From assembly GCF_009914755.1 (NCBI RefSeq), contig NC_060940.1: a stretch of 64,000 bases of DNA; one strand, written 5' to 3'. The notes below the pieces were generated by a model that was not told the DNA's origin, searched no databases, and was given only the letters and a program-made list of their open reading frames with translations. Shown one piece after another: positions 46,467 through 61,600 of this stretch. The translations under genes and the position numbers were made by a program. This stretch comes from the human T2T-CHM13v2.0 reference genome, Homo sapiens. Every line of letters begins with the position of its first letter. The first letter of the stretch is position 1.

Positions 46467-49400
46467 GAGTCCAATTGATGATTCCATTCAATTCCATTCG
46501 ATGATGATTCCGTACGATTCCATTCTGTGATGATTCCATGTGATTGCATTCAATGATGATTCCTTTCGATTGCATTCGATTATGATTCATTTCGTGTTCA
46601 TTCTATGGTTCCACAGGTTTCCATTCGTGTCCATTCCATTATTCCATTCTATTCCATTTGATGATGATTCCATTCGATTCCATTCATTGGTGATTCCACT
46701 CAATTCCATTCAATGATTCCATTCCATTTCTTTCAACAATGATTCCATTAGTTTCTAATCGATGATCCACTTGATTCCATTTGACGACGATTCCATTCTT
46801 GTCCATTCGATGATTCCATTTGATTCCATATGATGATGATTCCATTCGATTCCATACCATGATGATTCCATTCGAGTCCATTCAATGGTGATTCCATTCA
46901 ATTCCATTCGATGATTCCTTTCGATTCCATTCGATGATGATGGCATTCGATTCCTTTCAATCATTCCCTTTGATTCCATTCAAAGGTGATTTCATTCAAG
47001 TCCATTCGATAATTGCATTCGATTCCATTCTATGATGATTCCATTCGAGTCCATTTGATGATTCCATTCAATTCAAGACAATGATGATTCCATTCGATTC
47101 CATTCGATGATTCCATTGGATTCCATTCGATGATGATTCCATTCAAATCCATTCGATAATTCAATTCAAGTCCATTCGATGATGATTCCAATCGAATCCA
47201 TTCAAAGATTCCATTCAGTTCCATTCGATGATTCCCTTAGATTCCATTCGATGATTCCACTTGATTGCATTTACGATGATTCCATTCGATTCCATGTGAT
47301 GATTCCATTCAATTCTATTCAATGATGTCTCCATTTGATTCCATTCGACCATGATTGCCTTTGATTCCATTCAATGATTCCATTCGGTTCCGTTTGATGA
47401 TGATTCCGTTCGATTCCATTTGATGATTCCATTTGATTCCATTGGATGAGTCCATTCGATTACATTCGATGATTATTCCATTCGAGTGCATTAGATGATT
47501 CCATTCGAGTCCATTCGATGATTCCATTCGATTCCATTCGATGTTGATTCTGTTCAAATCCATTCGATGATTCCACTCGATTCCATTCGTTGACTCCATT
47601 TGATCCCATTCGATGATTTCCTTTGATTCCCTTTGATGATCATTCCATTTGATTCAATTCGGTGATTTCATTTGATTCCATTCAGTGATGTTTCCATTCG
47701 ACTCCATTCGATGATGATTCCATTCGACTCCATTCGATTATGATTTCATTCAATTCCATTCGATAATGATTCCCTTCGAGTCCATTCGATGATTCCATTC
47801 GATTCCATTCAACGATGATTTGATTCGTGTCCATTCGATGATTCCATTTGATTCCACTTGATGATGATTCCATTCCAGTCCATTTGATGATTCCATTCAA
47901 TTCCATACTCCGATGATTTCTTTTGAGCCCATTCAATGCTTCCACTCGATTCCATATGATGATGACTCCATTCGATGAAATTCGATGATGATTCCATTCG
48001 CTTGCTTTCGATGATGATTCCACTTGAGTCCGTTAGAAGATTCTATTCAATTACATTCCATGACGATTCCGTTCGAGTCCATTTGATGATTCCATTAGAC
48101 TCCATTCGACGATGATTCCATTCGATGTTATTCGATGATTCCATTCGATCTCATTCGATGATGATTCCATTCAACTCCATTCGATGTTTCCATTCGAGTT
48201 CATTCTATTATTCCATTAGATTCCATTCGATGATGATTCCATTCGATTCCATTTGATGATTGCATTCTATTTCATTTGATGATGATTCCATTCGAGTCCA
48301 CTCGATGATTCCATTCGAGTCCATTTAATGAATCCATTGGTTTCAATTCTATGATGATTACATTGGATTCCATTCGTTGATGATTTCATTCGGTTCCATT
48401 CAATGATGATTCCATGCAATTCCTTTCAATGTTTCCATTCAATTCCATACGATGATGATTCCATTTGATTTGATTCGACAGTGAGCCATTCGATTCAATT
48501 CCATGATGATTCTATTTGATTCAATTGGTTGACATTTCCATTCGATTCCATTCGATGATGATTCCCTTTGATTCCATTCAAAGATGATTCCATTCTAGCC
48601 CATTCAATGATTCCATTCGATTCTATTCAATGATGATTCCATTCATGTCGATTTGGTGATTCCATTTGACTTCATTTGATGATGATTCCTTTCAAGTTCA
48701 TTAGATGATTCCATTCGATTCCATTTGATTATGATCCCATTCGAGTCCATTCAGTGATTCCATTCGTTTCCATTCCATGATGATTCCATTCCTTTCCATT
48801 CAATGATTCCATTCGATTCCGTTTGATGATGATTTCATTCGAGTCCATTTGATGATTCCATTTGATTCCATTCGATGATGATTCCATTCGAGTCCATTCG
48901 ATGATTCTATTCGAATCCATTTGATGATTTCTTTTGATTATATTTGGTGATGATTCCATTGGAGTCCATTCAATGATTCCATTCTATTCCCATCGATGAT
49001 GATTCCATTAGAGTCCATTTAATGATTCCATTTGATTCCAGTCTCTGATGATTACATTCGAGTCCATACGATGATTCCACTCAATTCCATATGATGATGA
49101 TTCCATTTGATTCCATTCGGTGATCCCATTCTATTCTATTCAATGGTGATTCCATTCGAGTACATTAGATGATTCCATTCGATTCCATTCAATGATGATT
49201 CTATTTGTGTCCCTTAGATGACTCCACATGATTCCATTAGATGATGATACTATTTGAGCCCATCCAATGATTCCCTTCGATTCCATTCGATGAGGATTCC
49301 ATTCGATTCAATTCATTGGTGATTCTATTCAATTCAATTCTTTGATTCCATTCCATTCCATTCGACAATGATTCCATTCGATTTCTTTCGATGATTCCAC

Positions 49401-52400
49401 TCGATTCCACTTGACATTGATTCCATTCGATTCCATTCAATGATTCCATTTGATTCCAGTGGATGATGATTGCCATCGATTCCATTCGATCACTCCATTC
49501 TATTCCATTTGATGATGATTACATTCGATTCCATTTGATGATTCCATCTGATTCTATTCGAGGATTCCATTTGATTCCATTCGATGATGATTCCATTCGA
49601 GTCCATTCGATGATTTCATTCGAGTACATCCAATGATTCCATTCGAGTCCATTAGATGATTCCATTTGATTCCATTTGAAAATGATTCTACTAGAGTCCA
49701 TTCAATGACTCCATTCGAGTCCATTCAACAATTCCATTCGACTCCATTCGATGATTCCATTCGATTCCATTTGATGGTTCCATTCGAGTCCATTTAATCA
49801 TTACAGTCGAGTCCATTTGGTGATTCCACTGGATTTCTTTTGATAATGATACCATTCAATTACATTTGATGATGATCCCATTCAATTTCATTTGATGATG
49901 ATTCCATTAGAGTCCATTCGATGATTTCATTCGAGTCCCTTCATTGATTCCATCCGATTTCATTGGATGATGACTCCATTCGAGTCCATTCGATGATTCC
50001 ACTCGATTCCATTAGATGATTCCATTGGAGTCCATTTGATTGTTCCATTCGATTCCTTTCGAAGATTTTTCCATTTGAGTCCATTCGATGATGATTCCAT
50101 TCCATTCCATTCGATGATTCCGTTTGATTCCATTCGATGATTCCCTTCGATTCCTTTCTTTGATGATTCCATTCCATTCCATTCAATGATTCCATTCGAA
50201 TCTATTCCATGATGATTCCTTTCGATTCCATTCGCTGATGTTTCCGTTCAATTCCATTCGATGATGATTCCGTTCGATTCCATTCATTGAGGATTCCATT
50301 TGATTCCATTTAATGATGATTCCATTCTATTCCATTCAATGATTGCATTCAATTCCATTCAATGATTATCCCATTAGAGTAAACTCAATGATTCCATTCA
50401 ATACCATTCGATGATGATTCCTTTTGAGTCCATTCAATGATTTCATTCAAGTCCATTTGATGATTCCTTTCAATTCCATTCTATGATGATTCCATTCGAG
50501 TCCATTCGATGATTCCATTCGATTGCATTCGATGATTCCATTATATTCCATTCAACGGTGATTCCATTCGAGTCCATTCGATGATTCCATTAGAGTACAT
50601 TTAATGATTGCTTTGTTTTCAATTCGAAGATGATTACATTGGATTCCATTCTATGATACCATTCGATTCCATTCAATGATGATTCCACTCAAATCCATTG
50701 GATGATTCCATTCGTGTCCATTCGGTGATTTCATTAGATTCCATTCGAGGATGATTCCATTCGATTCCATTCGATGATTCCATTCAATTCCATTCGATGA
50801 TGATTCCATTCCAGTCCATATGATCATTCCATTTGATTTCATTTGATGATGATTCCATTCGATTCCATTCGACGATTCCATTCTATTCCATTCGATGATG
50901 ATTCCATTCGAGTCCATTCGATCATTCCATTCGAGTCCATTTAATGATTCCATTGGGTTCAATTCAATGATGATTACATTGGATTCCGTTCTATGATTCC
51001 ATTCAATTCCGTTCATTGACAATTTGATTCCATTCGATGATGATTCCATTTGAGTTCATTCGATGATTCTATTCGATTCTCTTCGATGGTGATTCAATTC
51101 TATTATATTGGATGATTCCATTCGATTCCATTTGATGTTGATTCAATTCGATTCTATTCGATGATGATTCCATTGGATTTCACTTGATGATTCTATTCGA
51201 TTCCATTCAATGATGATTCACTTCTCGTCCATTGGATGATTCCATTTCATTCCATTCGATGATGATTCCATTCGATTCCATTCGATGATTCCATTTGATT
51301 CCATGCGACGGTGAGCAATTTGATTCAATTCCATGATGATTCTATTTGATTCAATTAGATGATGTTTCCATTCGAATCCATTCCATGATTATTCCATTGG
51401 AATCCATTCGGCGATGATTCCATATGAGTCAATTCAATGATGATTCCATATGGGTCCGTTCGATGATAATTCCATTTGATTTCATTCGATGCTTCTATTC
51501 TATTCCAGTCGATGATGATTCCGTTGGAGTCCATACGATGATTCCATTTGATTTCATTTGATGATGATTCCATTCGATGATGATTACATTGGATTCCATT
51601 CTATGATTCCATTCAATTCCATTCGTTGATGATTCGATTCCATTCAATGATGATTCCATTTGAGTTCATTCGATGATTCTATTCGATTCCGTTCGATGGT
51701 GATTCAATTCTATTATATTGGATGATTCCACTCGATTCCATTTGATGATTATTCCATTGGAGTCCACTTAGTGAATCCTTTAGATTCTACTCGACGATGA
51801 TTCCATTCGAGTCCATTCGATGATACCATTCAATTCCATTCGTTGATGCTTCCATTCAAGTGCATTCGATGATATCATTCGATTCCATTTGATGATAATT
51901 CCATTTGATTCCATGCGATGATTCTATTCGATTCCATTCAATGATAATTCCATTCAATTCAGTGATTCCTCTGGACTCCATTTGATGATGATTCCATTCA
52001 ATGATTCCATTCGATTCTATTCGAAAATGATTCCATTTGAATCCATTTGATGATGATTCCATTAGATTCCATTTGATGATTCCATTCGATTCCATTCGAC
52101 GATGATTCCATTCGATTCCGTTTGATGATTCCATTCTATTCTATTCGATGATGATTCCATTCGATTCCATTCGATGATGATTGGATTCGATTCCATTTGA
52201 TGATTTCATTTGATTCCATTCGTTAATGATTTCGATCAATTCCATTCGATGATTCCATTCGATTCCATTGGATAATGATTACATCCGAGTCCATTCGATG
52301 ATTCCATTGGAGCCTGTTCGATAATTCCATTTGAGTCCAACCAATGATTCCATTCATTTCCATTCAATGATTCCATTCGAGTCCATTTGATCATTCCGGT

Positions 52401-52568
52401 AGGGTCCATTCGATGTTGATTCCATTGGAGTGCATTCGATGATTCCATTCGAGTCCATTTTAGGATTTGATTCGAGTCCTTTCGATGATTCCATTCGATT
52501 CCACTCGATGATGATTTCATTCGAGTCCATTCGACACTTCCAATCGATTCCATTTGATGATTCCATTC
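46467..52568 (+). repeat. Higher-order unit U9, 6102 bp, subtype B front with A-like tail
   Basis: Anchors at 46467 and 52569; 10-bp deletion at ~50043-50056. Confidence 0.92.
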
Positions 52569-55500
52569 GAGTCCAATTGATGATTCCATTCAATTCCATT
52601 CGATGATGATTCCGTACGATTCCATTCTGTGATGATTCCATGTGACTGCATTCAATGATGATTCCTTTCGATTGCATTCGATTATGATTCATTTCGTGTT
52701 CATTCTATGGTTCCACAGGTTTCCATTCGTGTCCATTCCATTATTCCATTCTATTCCATTTGATGATGATTCCATTCGATTCCATTCATTGGTGATTCCA
52801 CTCAATTCCATTCAATGATTCCATTCCATTTCTTTCAACAATGATTCCATTAGTTTCTAATCGATGATCCACTTGATTCCATTTGACGACGATTCCATTC
52901 TTGTCCATTCGATGATTCCATTTGATTCCATATGATGATGATTCCATTCGATTCCATACCATGATGATTCCATTCGAGTCCATTCAATGGTGATTCCATT
53001 CAATTCCATTCGATGATTCCTTTTGATTCCATTCGATGATGATGGCATTCGATTCCTTTCAATCATTCCCTTTGATTCCATTCAAAGGTGATTTCATTCA
53101 AGTCCATTCGATAATTGCATTCGATTCCATTCTATGATGATTCCATTCGAGTCCATTTGATGATTCCATTCAATTCAAGTCAATGATGATTCCATTCGAT
53201 TCCATTCGATGATTCCATTGGATTCCATTCGATGATGATTCCATTCAAATCCATTCGATAATTCAATTCAAGTCCATTCGATGATGATTCCAATCGAATC
53301 CATTCAAAGATTCCATTCAGTTCCATTCGATGATTCCCTTAGATTCCATTCGATGATTCCACTTGATTGCATTTACGATGATTCCATTCGATTCCATGTG
53401 ATGATTCCATTCAATTCTATTCAATGATGTCTCCATTTGATTCCATTCGACCATGATTGCCTTTGATTCCATTCAATGACTCCATTCGGTTCCGTTTGAT
53501 GATGATTCCGTTCGATTCCATTTGATGATTCCATTTGATTCCATTGGATGAGTCCATTCGATTACATTCGATGATTATTCCATTCGAGTGCATTAGATGA
53601 TTCCATTCGAGTCCATTCGATGATTCCATTCGATTCCATTCGATGTTGATTCTGTTCAAATCCATTCGATGATTCCACTCGATTCCATTCGTTGACTCCA
53701 TTTGATCCCATTCGATGATTTCCTTTGATTCCCTTTGATGATCATTCCATTTGATTCAATTCGGTGATTTCATTTGATTCCATTCAGTGATGTTTCCATT
53801 CGACTCCATTCGATGATGATTCCATTCGACTCCATTCGATTATGATTTCATTCAATTCCATTCGATAATGATTCCCTTCGAGTCCATTCGATGATTCCAT
53901 TCGATTCCATTCAACGATGATTTGATTCGTGTCCATTCGATGATTCCATTTGATTCCACTTGATGATGATTCCATTCGAGTCCATTTGATGATTCCATTC
54001 AATTAAATACTCCGATGATTTCTTTTGAGCCCACTCAATGCTTCCACTCGATTCCATATGATGATGACTCCATTCGATGAAATTCGATGATGATTCCACT
54101 CGCTTGCTTTCGATGATGATTCCACTTGAGTCCGTTAGAAGATTCTATTCAATTACATTCCATGACGATTCCGTTCGAGTCCATTTGATGATTCCATTAG
54201 ACTCCATTCGACGATGATTCCATTCGATGTTATTCGATGATTCCATTCGATCTCATTCGATGATGATTCCATTCAACTCCATTCGATGTTTCCATTCGAG
54301 TTCATTCTATTATTCCATTAGATTCCATTCGATGATGATTCCATTCGATTCCATTTGATGATTGCATTCTATTTCATTTGATGATGATTCCATTCGAGTC
54401 CACTCGATGATTCCATTCGAGTCCATTTAATGAATCCATTGGTTTCAATTCTATGATGATTACTTTGGATTCCATTCGTTGATGATTTCATTCGGTTCCA
54501 TTCAATGATGATTCCATTCAATTCCTTTCAATGTTTCCATTCAATTCCATACGATGATGATTCCATTTGATTTGATTCGACAGTGAGCCATTCGATTCAA
54601 TTCCATGATGATTCTATTTGATTCAATTGGTTGACATTTCCATTCGATTCCATTCGATGATGATTCCCTTTGATTCCGTTCAAAGATGATTCCATTCTAG
54701 CCCATTCAATGATTCCATTCGATTCTATTCAATGATGATTCCATTCATGTCGATTTGGTGATTCCATTTGACTTCATTTGATGATGATTCCTTTCAAGTT
54801 CATTAGATGATTCCATTCGATTCCATTTGATGATGATCCCATTCGAGTCCATTCAGTGATTCCATTCGTTTCCATTCCATGATGATTCCATACCTTTCCA
54901 TTCAATGATTCCATTCGATTCCGTTTGATGATGATTTCATTCGAGTCCATTTGATGATTCCATTTGATTCCATTCGATGATGATTCCATTCGAGTCCATT
55001 CGATGATTCTATTCGAATCCATTTGATGATTTCTTTTGATTATATTTGGTGATGATTCCATTGGAGTCCATTCAATGATTCCATTCTATTCCCATCGATG
55101 ATGATTCCATTAGAGTCCATTTAATTATTCCATTTGATTCCAGTCTCTGATGATTACATTCGAGTCCATACGATGATTCCACTCAATTCCATATGATGAT
55201 GATTCCATTTGATTCCATTCGGTGATCCCATTCTATTCTATTCAATGGTGATTCCATTCGAGTACATTAGATGATTCCATTCGATTCCATTCAATGATGA
55301 TTCTATTTGTGTCCCTTAGATGATTCCACATGATTCCATTAGATGATGATACTATTTGAGCCCATCCAATGATTCCCTTCGATTCCATTCGATGAGGATT
55401 CCATTCGATTCAATTCATTGGTGATTCTATTCAATTCAATTCTTTGATTCCATTCCATTCCATTCGACAATGATTCCATTCGATTTCTTTCGATGATTCC

Positions 55501-58500
55501 ACTCGATTCCACTTGACATTGATTCCATTCGATTCCATTCAATGATTCCATTTGATTCCAGTGGATGATGATTGCCATCGATTCCATTCGATCACTCCAT
55601 TCTATTCCATTTGATGATGATTACATTCGATTCCATTTGATGATTCCATCTGATTCTATTCGAGGATTCCATTTGATTCCATTCGATGATGATTCCATTC
55701 GAGTCCATTCGATGATTTCATTCGAGTACATCCAATGATTCCATTCGAGTCCATTAGATGATTCCATTTGATTCCATTTGAAAATGATTCTACTAGAGTC
55801 CATTCAATGACTCCATTCGAGTCCATTCAACAATTCCATTCGACTCCATTCGATGATTCCATTCGATTCCATTTGATGGTTCCATTCGAGTCCATTTAAT
55901 CATTACAGTCGAGTCCATTTGGTGATTCCACTGGATTTCTTTTGATAATGATACCATTCAATTACATTTGATGATGATCCCATTCAATTTCATTTGATGA
56001 TGATTCCATTAGAGTCCATTCGATGATTTCATTCGAGTCCCTTCATTGATTCCATCCGATTTCATTGGATGATGACTCCATTCGAGTCCATTCGATGATT
56101 CCACTCGATTCCATTAGATGATTCCATTGGAGTCCATTTGATTGTTCCATTCGATTCCTTTCGAAGATTTTTCCATTTGAGTCCATTCGATGATGATTCC
56201 ATTCCATTCCATTCGATGATTCCGTTTGATTCCATTCGATGATTCCCTTCGATTCCTTTCTTTGATGATTCCATTCCATTCCATTCAATGATTCCATTCG
56301 AATCTATTCCATGATGATTCCTTTCGATTCCATTCGCTGATGTTTCCGTTCAATTCCATTCGATGATGATTCCATTCGATTCCATTCATTGAGGATTCCA
56401 TTTGATTCCATTCAATGATGATTCCATTCTATTCCATTCAATGATTGCATTCAATTCCATTCAATGATTATCCCATTAGAGTAAACTCAACGATTCCATT
56501 CAATACCATTCGATGATGATTCCTTTTGAGTCCATTCAATGATTTCATTCAAGTCCATTTGATGATTCCTTTCAATTCCATTCTATGATGATTCCATTCG
56601 AGTCCATTCGATGATTCCATTCGATTGCATTCGATGATTCCATTATATTCCATTCAACGGTGATTCCATTCGAGTCCATTCCATGATTCCATTAGAGTAT
56701 ATTTAATGATTGCTTTGTTTTCAATTCGAAGATGATTACATTGGATTCCATTCTATGATACCATTCGATTCCATTCAATGATGATTCCACTCAAATCCAT
56801 TGGATGATTCCATTCGTGTCCATTCGGTGATTTCATTAGATTCCATTCGAGGATGATTCCATTCGATTCCATTCGATGATTCCATTCAATTCCATTCGAT
56901 GATGATTCCATTCCAGTCCATATGATCATTCCATTTGATTTCATTCGATGATGATTCCATTCGATTCCATTCGATGATTCCATTCTATTCCATTCGATGA
57001 TGATTCCATTCGAGTCCATTCGATCATTCCATTCGAGTCCATTTAATGATTCCATTGGGTTCAATTCAATGATGATTACATTGGATTCCGTTCTATGATT
57101 CCATTCAATTCCGTTCATTGACAATTTGATTCCATTCGATGATGATTCCATTTGAGTTCATTCGATGATTCTATTCGATTCTCTTCGATGGTGATTCAAT
57201 TCTATTATATTGGATGATTCCATTCGATTCCATTTGATGTTGATTCAATTCGATTCTATTCGATGATGATTCCATTGGATTTCACTTGATGATTCTATTC
57301 GATTCCATTCAATGATGATTCACTTCTCGTCCATTGGATGATTCCATTTCATTCCATTCGATGATGATTCCATTCGATTCCATTCGATGATTCCATTTGA
57401 TTCCATGCGACGGTGAGCAATTCGATTCAATTCCATGATGATTCTATTTGATTCAATTAGATGATGTTTCCATTCGAATCCATTCCATGATTATTCCATT
57501 GGAATCCATTCGGCGATGATTCCATATGAGTCAATTCAATGATGATTCCATATGGGTCCGTTCGATGATAATTCCATTTGATTTCATTCGATGCTTCTAT
57601 TCTATTCCAGTCGATGATGATTCCGTTGGAGTCCATACGATGATTCCATTTGATTTCATTTGATGATGATTCCATTCGATGATGATTACATTGGATTCCA
57701 TTCTATGATTCCATTCAATTCCATTCGTTGATGATTCGATTCCATTCAATGATGATTCCATTTGAGTTCATTCGATGATTCTATTCGATTCCGTTCGATG
57801 GTGATTCAATTCTCTTATATTGGATGATTCCAGTCGATTCCATTTGATGATTATTCCATTGGAGTCCACTTAGTGAATCCTTTGGATTCTACTCGACGAT
57901 GATTCCATTCGAGTCCATTCGATGATACCATTCAATTCCATTCGTTGATGCTTCCATTCAAGTGCATTCGATGATATCATTCGATTCCATTTGATGATAA
58001 TTCCATTTGATTCCATGCGATGATTCTATTCGATTCCATTCAATGATAATTCCATTCAATTCAGTGATTCCTCTGGACTCCATTTGATGATGATTCCATT
58101 CAATGATTCCATTCGATTCTATTCGAAAATGATTCCATTTGAATCCATTTGATGATGATTCCATTAGATTCCATTTGATGATTCCATTCGATTCCATTCG
58201 ACGATGATTCCATTCGATTACGTTTGATGATTCCATTCTATTCTATTCGATGATGATTCCATTCGATTCCATTCGATGATGATTGGATTCGATTCCATTT
58301 GATGATTTCATTTGATTCCATTCGTTAATGATTTCGATCAATTCCATTCGATGATTCCATTCGATTCCATTGGATAATGATTACATCCGAGTCCATTCGA
58401 TGATTCCATTTGAGCCTGTTCGATAATTCCATTTGAGTCCAACCAATGATTCCATTCATTTCCATTCAATGATTCCATTCGAGTCCATTTGATCATTCCG

Positions 58501-58670
58501 GTAGGGTCCATTCGATGTTGATTCCATTGGAGTGCATTCGATGATTCCATTCGAGTCCATTTTAGGATTTGATTCGAGTCCTTTCGATGATTCCATTCGA
58601 TTCCACTCGATGATGATTTCATTTGAGTCCATTCGACACTTCCAATCGATTCCATTTGATGATTCCATTC
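52569..58670 (+). repeat. Higher-order unit U10, 6102 bp, subtype B
   Basis: Anchors at 52569 and 58671; 10-bp deletion at ~56145-56158. Confidence 0.92.
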
Positions 58671-61600
58671 GAGTCCAATTGATGATTCCATTCAATTCCA
58701 TTCGATGATGATTCCGTACGATTCCATTCTGTGATGATTCCATGTGATTGCATTCAATGATGATTCCTTTCGATTGCATTCGATTATGATTCATTTCGTG
58801 TTCATTCTATGGTTCCACAGGTTTCCATTCCTGTCCATTCCATTATTCCATTCTATTCCATTTGATGATGATTCCATTCGATTCCATTCATTGGTGATTC
58901 CACTCAATTCCATTCAATGATTCCATTCCATTTCTTTCAACAATGATTCCATTAGTTTCTAATCGATGATCCACTTGATTCCATTTGACGACGATTCCAT
59001 TCTTGTCCATTCGATGATTCCATTTGATTCCATATGATGATGATTCCATTCGATTCCATACCATGATGATTCCATTCGAGTCCATTCAATGGTGATTCCA
59101 TTCAATTCCATTCGATGATTCCTTTCGATTCCATTCGATGACGATGGCATTCGATTCCTTTCAATCATTCCCTTTGATTCCATTCAAAGGTGATTTCATT
59201 CAAGTCCATTCGATAATTGCATTCGATTCCATTCTATGATGATTCCATTCGAGTCCATTTGATGATTCCATTCAATTCAAGTCAATGATGATTCCATTCG
59301 ATTCCATTCGATGATTCCATTGGATTCCATTCGATGATGATTCCATTCAAATCCATTCGATAATTCAATTCAAGTCCATTTGATGATGATTCCAATCGAA
59401 TCCATTCAAAGATTCCATTCAGTTCCATTCGATGATTCCCTTAGATTCCATTCGATGATTCCACTTGATTGCATTTACGATGATTCCATTCGATTCCATG
59501 TGATGATTCCATTCAATTCTATTCAATGATGTCTCCATTTGATTCCATTCGACCATGATTGCCTTTGATTCCATTCAATGATTCCATTCGGTTCCGTTTG
59601 ATGATGATTTCATTCGATTCCATTTGATGATTCCATTTGATTCCATTGGATGAGTCCATTCGATTACATTCGATGATTATTCCATTCGAGTGCATTAGAT
59701 GATTCCATTCGAGTCCATTCGATGATTCCATTCGATTCCATTCGATGTTGATTCTGTTCAAATCCATTCGATGATTCCACTCGATTCCATTCGTTGACTC
59801 CATTTGATCCCATTCGATGATTTCCTTTGATTCCCTTTGATGATCATTCCATTTGATTCAATTCGGTGATTTCATTTGATTCCATTCAGTGATGTTTCCA
59901 TTCGACTCCATTCGATGATGATTCCATTCGACTCCATTCGATTATGATTTCATTCAATTCCATTCGATAATGATTCCCTTCGAGTCCATTCGATGATTCC
60001 ATTCGATTCCATTCAACGATGATTTGATTCGTGTCCATTCGATGATTCCATTTGATTCCACTTGATGATGATTCCATTCGAGTCCATTTGATGATTCTAT
60101 TCAATTCCATACTCCGATGATTTCTTTTGAGCCCACTCAATGCTTCCACTCGATTCCATATGATGATGACTCCATTCGATGAAATTCGATGATTATTCCA
60201 TTCGCTTGCTTTCGATGATTCCACTTGAGTCCGTTAGAAGATTCTATTCAATTACATTCCATGACGATTCCGTTCGAGTCCATTTGATGATTCCATTAGA
60301 CTCCATTCGACGATGATTCCATTCGATGTTATTCGATGATTCCATTCGATCTCATTCGATGATGATTCCATTCAACTCCATTCGATGTTTCCATTCGAGT
60401 TCATTCTATTATTCCATTAGATTCCATTCGATGATGATTCCATTCGATTCCATTTGATGATTGCATTCTATTTCATTTGATGATGATTCCATTCGAGTCC
60501 ACTCGATGATTCCATTCGAGTCCATTTAATGAATCCATTGGTTTCAATTCTATGATGATTACATTGGATTCCATTCGTTGATGATTTCATTCGGTTCCAT
60601 TCAATGATGATTCCATTCAATTCCTTTCAATGTTTCCATTCAATTCCATACGATGATGATTCCATTTGATTTGATTCGACAGTGAGCCATTCGATTCAAT
60701 TGCATGATGATTCTATTTGATTCAATTGGTTGACATTTCCATTCGATTCCATTCGATGATGATTCCCTTTGATTCCATTCAAAGATGATTCCATTCTAGC
60801 CCATTCAATCATTCCATTCGATTCTATTCAATGATGATTCCATTCATGTCGATTTGGTGATTCCATTTGACTTCATTTGATGATGATTCCTTTCAAGTTC
60901 ATTAGATGATTCCATTCGATTCCATTTGATGATGATCCCATTCGAGTCCATTCAGTGATTCCATTCGTTTCCATTCCATGATGATTCCATTCCTTTCCAT
61001 TCAATGATTCCATTCAATTCCGTTTGATGATGATTTCATTCGAGTACATTTGATGATTCCATTTGATTCCATTCGATGATGATTCCATTCGAGTCCATTC
61101 GATGATTCTATTCGAATCCATTTGATGATTTCTTTTGATTATATTTGGTGATGATTCCATTGGAGTCCATTCAATGATTCCATTCTATTCCAATCGATGA
61201 TGATTCCATTAGAGTCCATTTAATGTTTCCAATTGATTCCAGTCTCTGATGATTACATTCGAGTCCATACGATGATTCCACTCAATTCCATATGATGATG
61301 ATTCCATTTGATTCCATTCGGTGATTCCATTCTATTCTATTCAATGGTGATTCCATTCGAGTACATTAGATGATTCCATTCGATTCCATTCAATGATGAT
61401 TCTATTTGTGTCCCTTAGATGATTCCACATGATTCCATTAGATGATGATACTATTTGAGCCCATCCAATGATTCCCTTCGATTCCATTCGATGAGGATTC
61501 CATTCGATTCAATTCATTGGTGATTCTATTCAATTCAATTCTTTGATTCCATTCCATTCCATTCGACAATGATTCCATTCGATTTCTTTCGATGATTCCA

